A DNA stretch of 64,000 bases from Eledone cirrhosa (Eukaryota), in NCBI GenBank assembly GCA_964016885.1, contig OZ024740.1, positions 124,372,001 to 124,436,000 on the forward strand. The letters are read 5' to 3'. The notes below the pieces were generated by a model that saw only the letters and a list, made by a program, of their open reading frames with translations, did no database searches and was not told where the DNA came from. Position numbers and translations under genes: made by a program. Below, in pieces: positions 38,758 through 50,480 of this stretch (the stretch's first letter is position 1; each line of letters opens with the position of its first letter).

Positions 38758-39607
38758 TATATATATATATGATGGATAAAAGTCAAAGTTAATGTCAGTG
38801 GTATTTCTACACAGATAGCCAGAATGAGTATGCCTCTATTACTGAGTATCAGGCTGCCAATTTGTAGAATCATTCAAACCCACTAATGTGTCATCTTTGT
38901 CTATCATCCTTTTGGGTTCAATAATGTGCCGGTCTATGGTAGTGGATTGGTAGAATTGCTAGAATATTAGATATGATGCATTACAGAATCTTTTTTTTTT
39001 TTTTCCTTTGCATTCTGAATTTGCCTATGATAATACTTGTGTCAAACTGTATTGGCCTTTCCCTTTCCCTTGGACAGTATCAAGTGTGGAGAGAGAAGGC
39101 CTGCATACATATGTGACTTAATCTTTAAAAAATAACATGTACAGGTCTGCACCTTGGAGTGGAAATTTCCAGATGCAAACACATGGTCAGGCATAATTGA
39201 AAGAGAATTCAAGGAAATACTGAATATCAGATGTATGATAATAAATATGACTTGTTTTAATATAGTTTTAATATGCATATAAACTATATGACAAGTAGCG
39301 TAAATTACCTACCTGAGACATTTAATGCTCTATTAATCATCCATAATCTTATAATTAAATCAAAATGTTTCACCATGTAACTGAATCAACAGTTTACTTT
39401 CTTTTACAATTCTATGGATTTTTTCTCCATTTGCTTGTATCTTTTTATGTCTCATTTACACTTCTTACATAATGATCATCATTCACATGCACACATCTAC
39501 CATTATCATCATCACTATCATTATCATCAATGCTGTCATTACCATCACTATCATTACCATCATTACTATCACTATAAAACAACATGATCACATAAAACAA
39601 CAACAAA

Positions 39608-39797
39608 ATAATTGTCTCTACTTTAGGCACAAGGCCAACAATTACCCAGTGCATTACTGGTACTTTATTTTATCGACCCCGTAAGGATGAAAGGCAAAGT
39701 CAACCTCGGCGGGATTTGAACTCATATCGTAAAGGGACATAACTATGCTGGAAAGCATGGCGTCCGACCCTCTACTGATACTGCCAATCCACCGCCC
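39608..39797 (-). mobile_element. SINE family 1
   Basis: Near-consensus reverse copy. Confidence 0.9.
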
Positions 39798-41443
39798 AAC
39801 AACAAAATACTGACATACAATAAGAAAACAAAAAACATTTTCTAAGTTGTTTAACTTCAAAAGTGAAACATGCCTGCCTTTTGAAATTATGTGACAAAAG
39901 TTTTAGCAGAAACGTTGTTTGGGGGAATTATAAATGACTGGATCTAAATTAGTGAGCAATATTCTTTCCAGCAAAATGAACATGAAATGGTTCATCATTG
40001 GTTATTCCTTATTCCTTAGCACAAAGCGAAATCAGCAAAGGAAACGAAAAAGCTAATGATAAAAGGAAAAAAAAAGGGAGATAATCATGTTATGCTTTAA
40101 CTGCATGAAATGAATTTAAATGCCCTGTAGGATTGATTGGTTTCTCTTGATGAAGAGCAGCTTGAGAATAAATTTTTCATATCATATCAAATATTAACAT
40201 TCTTTAAATCTAAATCTTGAGCTTATTTTATACCATACACATTGTTTATTCCTTTGTTTATATAGTAACGTTGAGAATTTAATCGAAGATGATGAATTCA
40301 TGGATATATGTATATGTTACTATATATGTTGATGTGTTTGTGCATGTGTATTTTGAGCAAAACTGTACTTTGGCAACCACATGTAAACATCAATGTCGGT
40401 ATTGTGTGTTGCCTTACACATATATTATCATCTATAATACACATTCACACACACACAAACACACATATATATTTGAATAAACCAACATATGCATTGAATA
40501 TGGTTTTTGTTCCATTTGTAAACTCAAACATGCATTCGCACACACACATATATACAAATGTATATATATATGTATACATAATTACATACACACTCAGTCA
40601 TATGTTTACAGACATACATGTAAACACATACATGAATAAAGTATATATGCATTGAGTACTTTTTGCCTCATTTGTACAACCAAACGCACACATTTAGAGA
40701 CATTTAATGCATACATACACACTCCATCATATATGTACATGTATACACACATATATTAATATACATGCACACTCAATCATGCATGTTCATGTATACAGAT
40801 ATATATCAACATACATACACATTCAATCGCATGTGTGTAAACACATGTACACAAAGAAATACATATACATCAATATTAAGAGAAGAGTCTTTTTATATGT
40901 CAAGTAAAGATTTAATTTACAATTATATCAAAAATCAAAATCTCATTATTATAAAAGAAAATTTTAAAACAGATATTAATAGACATTAATATTTATTTGA
41001 ATTAGTTTATTATTAAATAAAGATAAATCATTCTTTATTTTAGCTTTCATTCCTTAAATATCTCATATGTTACCATCATGATTATGACGATAATCATCAT
41101 CATCATCAACAGGAACAGCAGCTGTAGTACCCAACTCCAACCATCTTCACCAGCTTCATCAAGTTTATTGCCATTGTCCTCGCCAACATCACTATATTCA
41201 ATTCAATTCCTTTCATTATCATGAATAAAATATCCCCTTTTTTCTCTCTCTCCTCCACATCCTAATCAACCATAATGCACCATGTGTATTTGTATATTTA
41301 TATAATTCTACCTGTAATTCTTTAAAATTTACACATTAAAATCTATACACATACACACTGCAGTTCCTATTTCAGTTATGCTGCAACAATATGAAGTTTG
41401 CTTTCCAATCACAAGTTCCTGGGTTCTAACCCTACACTTGTCC

Positions 41444-41786
41444 CATCATCATCATCATCATTTTACGTCCACTTTTCACTGCTTGCAAGGGTTGGACGGG
41501 TCCTATTCAGCACAGCATCTCTCCATTTGTCACGGTACTTCATCTCCTCGGTGAGTTTCAGCGATCTGAGGTCTGCTCTCACCACCTCCGCTCATGTTTG
41601 TCGTGGTCTACCTCTACTGCGTCTTACTTCTACTGGGATTTCTTGGCACTTCTTTACCCAGTAGTCATCCTCCATGTGCATCACATGTCCATACCATCTC
41701 AGCCTGCTCTCCTGCACACCACAACTTATCCCTCTTATACCCAGTTTCTTTCTCAACTCGTCTATGCTTGGTCGTTCACCCACATT
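41444..41786 (-). mobile_element. RTE-C 3' fragment
   Basis: ORF 41592..41783. Matches 34105-34450. Confidence 0.88.
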
Positions 41787-42401
41787 GGTATAATTATTTC
41801 TCCAAAATCACCCATATATTTAATCTTGTATGTCATCCTATATATACATATATGTTGAATATTTATGTAATTATATTCTAGAAATGTTTAAATACCTCTC
41901 ATATCTTTAATTAATTCCAGATATCAGTAATCATATATACTATAGGGTTACACTTATGCAAACTAATAATTTATCAAAATAAACATTTCCCAGGTTGATT
42001 GTTCATTTATCTGGCAATCCTGGCATATATGGCATACCAATCATTTGTAAAAAGGCATCACAGTACATTTGAGTAGTTATTTCTCCAAATTACTCATACA
42101 TTTAATCATGTATGTCATTTGTACACTTCAGGAAAAGAAACAATTTTATAAATATTTTAATACTAATTTACTACAGTACACAGTTATATCGTAATTTGAT
42201 TACATTTTTGAAAGAAGTATTTATATTTATAGAGGTAAATAAACAAGTTAAATATTTATTGAAGTTTTTCTTTTTCTGAAGTGTGTATAAATGTTTTTGA
42301 TGGATTCTGTATGCTGAAAATTTATTCCAGCATGACAAATTTTTCATGGAGGCCATGTTTGCCATAGAGCATTTTCTGATGTGTCCTGGTTATGTATATA
42401 T

Positions 42402-45400
42402 ATCATCATCATCATCATCGTTTAACGTCCATGTTCCACGCTTGCATGGGTTTGGACGGGAGTTTTCCCACTTGAGGCAAGAGTGGTTGTCTTGCTCGCA
42501 TAGGACTGTCTGGCGGGTTTTCTACAGATGGATGACTTCCTAACACCAATCACATTTACAGTGTGGGGCTGGGAGGTTTTTACCGTGTTGCCTACACGGC
42601 CACATTACAGCGTGGACTGTCTGGTGGGTTTTCTACAGCTGGATGCCCTTCCTAACACCAACCACATTTACAGTGTGGGACTGGGAAGTTTTTACCGTGT
42701 TGCCTACACGGCCACATTACAGCGTGGACTGTGTGTTTTTGGTCGTGACACCTACACGATCTCATTTGTTTCGGCCTGGATGTTGTGGCACCAACATAAC
42801 TTTACATTGAAAGGGGCAGTGTGGATGGGGTGGAGGTGGTGGGACGGGGGGTGTATTTTGTTTGAGATGCCTACTAACTGTAGTAGGTTTTACTTTGTAT
42901 TTAGGTAAGGCGGGTCTTCTCTATTACTGAGTACCGCCAAAGGTCTCGGTCCAGTGACATTGTCTTGGAGAGGTGTAAGTGTGTGAGGTCGGAATTTATC
43001 AGGTCGTCCCAGGTTTTTCTGGGTCTGCCTACTCCGTGGCTACCATCTATCTTTATTGCCCTGCACTTTGTTATACAGCTGTCGTCTTTCATGCGCATCA
43101 CGTGACCATACCAACGTAGCCTTCTCTCGAGTAAACAACATCTGATCCCTCTTATTTCTAATTTTTTCCTTAGTTCGTTTATGCTTTGCAGTTCACGTAT
43201 ATTACTATTACACATCCAGTGGAGCATGCAAGCTTTGTTCCCCTCTAGTCTGCGTATATCCTCTGCACACAATGCCCAGGTCTCACTGCCATGCAACATT
43301 GCTGTTCGTATGCAGGCATCATACAACCTGCCTTTCATTTTTAGGGAGAACCCTTTACCGGCTAATAGTGGTATAAGCTCTCTGAACTTTTTCCATCCAG
43401 TTCTGACTCTAGCTACTGTACTTTCAGAGCACCCTCCCCCACTGCTGATTTTGTCACCCAGGTAACGGAAGCTGTCCACTATTTCTATAGAGCCCTCTGC
43501 GCAATTGAAAGAGTTAGTATTTTGTGGGCACTCGCTGCTACTTATTGCACCAGAGCACCGCCCACATGTAAAATCTAAGTTCTTAGTTAGCTTACCTGTG
43601 ATCCCACTACATCTTTTATGCACCCATACTTTGCATTTGGGACATAAAATGGAGTTTCTACCTACGCCTTTCCTACACACTGAGCATGGCCATTTCCCGG
43701 AAGGGACCGCCGCCTTATTTTCTTTCCTACAAACTAGAACTTTAGTCTTAGCCAGGTTAATTTTAAGGCCTTTTGATTCTAGGCCGTGCTTCCATGTTTG
43801 GAATTTCTTCTCTAGCTCGGCCATTGATTTGACTATGAGCGTTAGATCATCTGCGTATAGGAGTTCCCATGGGCAGCCGGTCTTGAACTCCTCTGTTATA
43901 GCCTGAAGGGCAATAATAAATAGTAGGGGGCTAAGAACAGAGCCCTGATGAACACCAACTTTTACGCTAAACTCTTCACTATATTCGTTGTTAATTCTAA
44001 CCTTGCTGACTGTTTCTTTATACATGGCTTGTATAGCTCTCACAAGCCATTCGTCAACACCTAGTTTTCTAAGAGCCCACCAGATAATGGAACGGGGGAC
44101 TCTGTCGAAGGCTTTCTCCAAGTCGACAAAAGCTAAGTATAGGGGTTTACTTTTAGCTAGGTACTTCTCCTGTAGTTGTCGTACAATGAAAAGAGCGTCT
44201 GTGTTACTTTTGCCTGACACAAACCCAAACTGCTTTTCATCTAGATCAATTCTCTCTCTGATTAGTTGCGCTATTACTTTTTCCGTGACCTTCATGACCT
44301 GGTCGATTAATTTAATGCCTCTATAGTTACTCCTATCTAGGGTGTCTCCTTTACCCTTGTAACAGTTAACGATGATGCTGCTACGCCAGTCCTTTGGAAC
44401 AACCCCATTCTGTATGACTTGGTTTACTATCCTGGTGACCATGGTGTGTCCCACCGTTCCAGAGGCTTTCAGCATCTCAGCAACTATTTCCGAAGGCCCA
44501 GCCGCCTTACCCGTCTTCATATCTTTGATTGCCTTACTTATTATACTACCTTCGACTAACACTGCTGGTCCCTCTATTGGGTCTATGTGGGGGAGACTGT
44601 CTTTCTCCCATTTATCCTCCTCATTTAGTAGCCTTTCGTAGTGACACTTCCAAGCTACCTTCTTATCAGCGTCAGTGATGGCAAGTACGCCATCATCGTT
44701 AAGTACACACTTCTCCCCGACAATATCACGGTTTTCCTTGACACATTGCCTAGCAATCCTGAACACCTCACGTTTTTGGTCCTCGCGTTGTAGAACATGC
44801 TTGAACTTTCTTTCCTCTGCTTCCCTTCTTGCGAAGTACACTTGTCTCCTAGCTTCCCTCCTGGCCACTTGATAGTCTTCTCTACTTCCCCCATCCCACC
44901 ATGCTTTCCAAGCCTGCTTTTTGGCCTTGATTGACCCCCCTCCACCTTACTGTTCCACCACCATGTTACTCTCCTCCTGCCTACAGGCCTGCTCCAGCCA
45001 CAGACTTCGTCTGCCGCCATCAGCAGGTTTGCTTTCAGGAATTCCCACTGTTCCTCTACCTTGTACGACTCTAATTGCTCTTCCTTACTGTCAAGTAATA
45101 TGCTTTGAAATTTATTTCTGGCTGTGGGATCCTTTAGCTTCCATATTTTTCTCCTGAGGATAGTCCTCTTCTGCTGTCTAGTACGTCTCGTCCTGACTAT
45201 GAGGTCGCTAATTATCAGTCTATGTTGGGAGGTGCATTCTTCATGGGGGAGGGATTTAGTGTTTACAACAGACACTCTGTCACATCTTCTGGTAAGGATA
45301 TAATCTACCTGGCTGGTATGTTCCCCTGATCTGTAGGTGATCAAGTGATTGTCTCGTTTTTTGAAGTTAGTGTTACAGATAGTTAGGTTGTTTGCATCAC

Positions 45401-45540
45401 AGAATTCCAGGATTCTGGAGCCTTCCTCATTTCTAGTACCAAACCCATAGCCTCCGTGAATTCCGTCATAGCCGTCACAATGTTGTCCAACATGGCCATT
45501 TAGGTCGCCAGCAATAATTATATAGTCACTGTCGGTTATT
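42402..45540 (-). mobile_element. RTE-A LINE, 5'-truncated within the endonuclease
   Basis: EN motifs QVDYIL and SQHRL (44655..45344), frameshift at ~44880-44940, then the RT ORF, 3'UTR and (ATG)n tail. Both ends lie in (TA)n. Confidence 0.96.
42901..44868 (-). CDS. RTE reverse transcriptase ORF (655 aa) with inserted PHD finger; part of a frameshifted ORF
   Basis: NYRGI, QFGF, FVDLEKAFD, GVHQGSVLSP, YADD, FRYLG. C4HC3 motif at 43555-43686. Confidence 0.9.
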   Translation of the reverse strand: MARREARRQVYFARREAEERKFKHVLQREDQKREVFRIARQCVKENRDIVGEKCVLNDDGVLAITDADKKVAWKCHYERLLNEEDKWEKDSLPHIDPIEGPAVLVEGSIISKAIKDMKTGKAAGPSEIVAEMLKASGTVGHTMVTRIVNQVIQNGVVPKDWRSSIIVNCYKGKGDTLDRSNYRGIKLIDQVMKVTEKVIAQLIRERIDLDEKQFGFVSGKSNTDALFIVRQLQEKYLAKSKPLYLAFVDLEKAFDRVPRSIIWWALRKLGVDEWLVRAIQAMYKETVSKVRINNEYSEEFSVKVGVHQGSVLSPLLFIIALQAITEEFKTGCPWELLYADDLTLIVKSMAELEKKFQTWKHGLESKGLKINLAKTKVLVCRKENKAAVPSGKWPCSVCRKGVGRNSILCPKCKVWVHKRCSGITGKLTKNLDFTCGRCSGAISSSECPQNTNSFNCAEGSIEIVDSFRYLGDKISSGGGCSESTVARVRTGWKKFRELIPLLAGKGFSLKMKGRLYDACIRTAMLHGSETWALCAEDIRRLEGNKACMLHWMCNSNIRELQSINELRKKLEIRGIRCCLLERRLRWYGHVMRMKDDSCITKCRAIKIDGSHGVGRPRKTWDDLINSDLTHLHLSKTMSLDRDLWRYSVIEKTRLT

Positions 45541-45624
45541 TATATATTTATATATATATATTATTTATATATATATTATATATATATTATTTATATATAT
45601 CTATATATATATATATATAAATTA

Positions 45625-46895
45625 ATTAATAAAATAATGAATAAACAAAGAAACAGTTCCTTATATTAAAAAAAATTCATCATTTTACGATCGTTTCTTG
45701 GATATATATGTGTCAGAGTTGGTATGCATACTCTATAGATCTATGTACAATATTTATACAAACTATCAGAGGGAATATACATACCTACACATATATATGT
45801 TGTCTTCAGAAATAATGATATTTGTTTATTGAAAAAAACAAAGATTCAATACAATAGGTCTGTTTGGGAACAGGTTTGGAATTGACCAATCAGGAGATAT
45901 TGAGGGTCAAGATAATAATATAGTAGTAGAAGAACCTTAAATTATGGGTAGAGGAAGGTAGATTTCAGTTTTGGATGGAAAAGAATATTATGAATGAAGG
46001 ATTATTTTAGGGAAGAAATAGGTCTTATGCTGACCTCAGAAATAATTTTATTTGTTCATTGAATAAAACCAACAAAGATCTAATATATTCTGTCTGTTTG
46101 GTAAGAGGTTTAGAATTAACCAATAGAAAGTTAATAATTGGCCAAATGGTAAAATAGTAGTAATTGAAGCTTATTTTAGGGGTGAAAATAGGTCAGGTGG
46201 TCATTAAAAGGTATACAAGCAGTTGCTGTTATAAAATAGTAATGCCAATACAAATATCTAAGGTGACCAAAGTTTTAAGATACGAATATTAGTGAAAAAA
46301 ATACATCTATGAAAAGAATATAAAATTAATTTAATTGATGGGTATATTTATATTGATAAAAATTATACTAATACATATAGATATGATAAATAAGAGTTAG
46401 ATGCAGTTGAAAATTGCTGTTAAAGATAAGGGGAAATTAAAAGAATATAAAAATAATATATATATATATATACCTATATATATTTATACCTATATATATA
46501 TATATACACACATGTTCCCAAACAGACCTATTGTATTGAATCTTTGTTTTTTTCAATAAACAAATATCATTATTTCTGAAGACAGCATATATATGTGTAG
46601 GTATGTATATTCCCTCTGATAGTTTGTATAAATATTGTACATAGATCTATAGAATATGCATACCAACTCTAACACATACATATCCTAGAAACGATCGTAA
46701 AATGATGAATTTTTTTTAATATAAGGAACTGTTTCTTTGTTTATTCATTATTTTATTAATTTATCTTGACTCTGTTTTCCGTTTATTTTTCACCGAAAGT
46801 AGTTTTTGAATGCATCTTCTCTCTTCATGATATCCGGATTACATTGAGTTCTTCATACGGATTGGACACTACCGTAAACTTTTGGTAGATTTATC

Positions 46896-46900
<5 letters not shown>
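45625..46900. mobile_element. Fold-back PLE-type element (arms 45625-45872 / 46513-46760) with long-stem-II hammerhead motifs
   Basis: About 250-bp inverted arms with few mismatches. CTGAAGA...GAAACGATCGTA with a 9-bp stem I. Flanked by (TA)n. Confidence 0.8.
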
Positions 46901-46941
<41 letters not shown>

Positions 46942-47053
46942 TTAGTTAAGCAAAACAAGACCACAAATTTCACAAGGAAGACATTATTAAAAGATTGTCA
47001 ACATATTTTAGTTTGATGTAAGGAATGTAGAGAATAATAATAATACCAATAAT

Positions 47054-47100
<47 letters not shown>

Positions 47101-47329
47101 CATGTATTCTACTCTAACCATAATTTGTATGTGTGGATGTGTGTGTGTGTCTGTGGGGGCGGCTGTGAATGTATGTGCAAGTTAACCAACATAAGCCTTT
47201 TTATATGTAAATTTTCTAGTATTCTACTTTAACCATAAGTTTCAGTAGTACCACCCTACATAAATTCCTCAATTTAAGATTGACCTGTAGTATCGAATTT
47301 CATACTATAAACCCCAATTGAATATATAT

Positions 47330-47663
47330 CTGACCAGGAATGCTTTTTGTGAAAATCAGTCATATGGAACTATTGTCATCTTGCCTGATGGTTTGAACTT
47401 TACAACACCACCTGCCTCTTTGAGGTCAAATACCAACCCTACTAGCATCTACAAACTGACCAATGAGAATTAAGATTATTCCTGCTGACAACATTAAATT
47501 ATTCCTAACAAGCTCATATGTCCCAAGGCTCTGATACAATCAACACCATAAACACAGAACTGACTAACTGCCTGATGAGGTCATAGCCACTCAATGGCTA
47601 TCATCGAAATATATATAGCAGTAAATAAAGGATCATGAGTTCATGCAATTGACTTATGTTTTG

Positions 47664-47668
<5 letters not shown>
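47330..47668 (+). mobile_element. PLE 3' end/pLTR
   Basis: Reads ..IVILPDGLN (GIY-YIG C-terminus-like), then an intact hammerhead, AATAAA and (TA)n. Confidence 0.7.
47567..47622 (+). ncRNA. Type-I hammerhead ribozyme (minimal, palindromic stem III)
   Basis: ACTGC-CTGATGA-GGTCATAGCCA-ctcaa-TGGCTATCATC-GAA-ATATATAT-A-GCAGT. Confidence 0.85.
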
Positions 47669-47716
<48 letters not shown>

Positions 47717-48199
47717 TTTATGCTGTGAGGCTCAGTACTGCATTTTCAGATCAGACTGAAACATTTCTCAAATATTCTTGAACTACAGGTTTTCAAGCTA
47801 CATCATCATTAGTTATTATCAATTATTTTTCTTACACCATTCAAAGCAATTATATTTACATAAAAAGAAGGTAAAGAGCCCTTAACACTGATGGAGTCAC
47901 ACAAATTCCATCCTAATGCATAGCATGTCTTAAGAATTTAAAACCTGTTTGTGCCCATTTCTCTGACTTCTTCCAGAGAAAGAAAGAGAGGGATAGATTC
48001 CACCACCAGTACTGGACTAGTACTTTACTTATCAACCTTAATGAAAGGCAGAACATATGCTAATGTATTTTTTAATCCAATGCCTTAATGACTGTGTTAA
48101 TTTGTCATCTATTTTATATACATGTTTATCAAGATACATTCAGTTTCCTAATTTTTTGAAAGGATTTATCAGGAGCAATGGGTTTGTAGCAAGCTACTT

Positions 48200-48490
48200 T
48201 CCTATGGCGCATGGATATCTCTTCCGTACGTTGTTTGGCTGAGATAAGCACATCGCTACCAGCATAGGGAAATGTATCTCAACTTCCGCCGAAAGGGAGA
48301 AATTCCCGCTTCTTTTCGATAAACTTTCTCTTTGCAGCTAGACGCCGTTAAGGTAACACTTCTTGATTTCGTTCCTCAAGCATAAACAAAATGTAACAAC
48401 AAAACATCACTACGGGCCTGGCTAACACCTCAGCCAGTTGACCGTACCTTCTTAATCTCTTAATTTGTTTATTCATTTCTATTGGTATGC
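48200..48490. promoter_or_regulatory. Candidate CpG-enriched promoter-like patch
   Basis: Local CpG excess in non-repeat DNA, with ETS-like ACTTCCGC, E2F-like TTCCCGC and ATTGG. Confidence 0.3.
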
Positions 48491-49539
48491 CAGCTAAACC
48501 TTTGTAATCGGTTTGTAAATAAATTATATATAAAAACGTTATACAGTCTTGTGATGTTATATACTACTAAAATGGTACATGCTGCTATACTAATGGTACA
48601 TGAATGGTACATGCTGCTATACTAATAACATAATACACCATCATCTTATGTTATAAACCGCACTGGTGACTTCTTTGATACACAAATACAAACATTGACA
48701 CACACAATATCATTATTTAATACTAACTTCTAAAGGTTATACCTATGACTATTGCAGATTAATGCAGTTTATATTCCGCTAAAACAGCTGCAAATTGAAA
48801 GTTTCAGGAAAAATATGACTGGGGGAGGATTAAACTTAACTTTTATGCTGGATCTTCTTGAAACTTTACTGTTGCTATGTTGTTACTGCTTAGTCCTAGC
48901 TGTTTTAGTTTTTCCTTGTTAACTGTTTAGTTAAGGAAGTAAGGGCAATTTCTAAGACCCTCATTTGTGGGCTTCTACGATGGGTGTTATGGAGGGTGGA
49001 AGTAATTTTCAAACTGGAGAACTGTTCCAAATGCTTGCAACAGACTGGACTCTGCTAAAAGCACACAAAAGCCAGATGTTTTGAATCATGCAATGAGTTA
49101 AATTTACAATCCTGTCACATTTGAACTTATCCATAAAGTGAAGAAATTTCAACCATAAACACCCTACCTTTTTTCAAGCAACTATATCTAGGAATACATC
49201 ACTATTAAATGTATCCTTCCTTTTCTAAGATAGTAGGGTGCTATATGAAGGAAACTCGACTGTTATGTTTAACACATTGAGTTTTATTATTAGGAATTGT
49301 TTATGAAGTTTGATACATTTATATATAAATTTGGTAAATGGAGTTATCTGACAGTATTTATGTAAGATTTATACAAGAAAACACTAACCATTTTACTAAG
49401 TGGGGTCATTTTTATGATTTTTATTTCACATGTAACATAGGACCTTGTACGTCTTTGATCAGGTTCATGTACAATTTTCAATGTTTGAGTAGCATTACAG
49501 TTGTGATCAACCCATATTCGTTTCTGGCATATTACATCT

Positions 49540-50480
49540 GGATCAAGGAACACACTAAAACCAGGGCCTCGTCTTTCCGGAAACACATAGACAAATGCGG
49601 AAACAAAGACGGAAGGCCCATTGTCACAATTCTAGCGACTGAAAGAAACGTTGGCACGTTACGTATTAAGGAAGCGCTTCTTATCAAACAACTGCAACCG
49701 CAAATAAACAACCGATTAGAGAGAAGCGAAATGAAATGGCTGGTTTAAGTTAACAAGCGATGCAACAACACACAACACACGCACACACACACACACACGC
49801 AAACGAGACAACTACACACACACACGCACACACACACACAGTAGCATTCCACCATACGAACATACTACACTGCCAATACAGATGAACAAGGCAACAACAC
49901 ACGCACACACACACACACACACACACTCAAGCGAGACAACAACACACGCACACACACACACAGTAACATTTAACAAACAGGCAGAGAATGGATTGACAGC
50001 TAGCGCCATCCCACTCCCTCATTCAGCCGCTGACCTCTGTACGACCGACCCCATTTCATGCGCACGCGCGCTCGGCCGAATACCTCAGATATTCAAATCA
50101 ACAGACAGCGAAAGACGCGTTCCGAGTTGTCCGACAGACAACCTTTTCCCCCACCCCGGAAAAAACCCCAGTTGATGGATGTGAATCCGAAATATATAGG
50201 GACTATTAAATCTCTCCCAAAGTAACTCTCTCTCTTGTGTTGTTATTATTATTTTTATTCTTTTACTCTTCCCTTCATTCTACACATCTCACACATCTTA
50301 TACACACCACGCATCTCAACGTACACCCACTTACATATCTCTCTCTCCACCACCGGACCTTGTTACCCGGAGATTTACCCATTTGCATTGGCGAGGCTTC
50401 CAAACGACTTATAAATATTTACTTATTGTTCCACAATGCTTCAAGCAAACTTCAATACTCTCTCATCCAAGATTAGTTAA
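49540..50480 (+). mobile_element. PLE 3' fragment: GIY-YIG C-terminus plus pLTR
   Basis: IKEHTKTRASSFRKH..C..LRIKEALLIKQLQPQINNR (end of ORF 49338..49748). Hammerhead-like motif at 50166-50201. Confidence 0.8.

Noticed and set aside
43181-44872. Plus-strand ORFs opposite the RTE RT (also 16970-17929 and 34095-34694)
   Set aside because: They are antisense shadows of the RT frame.
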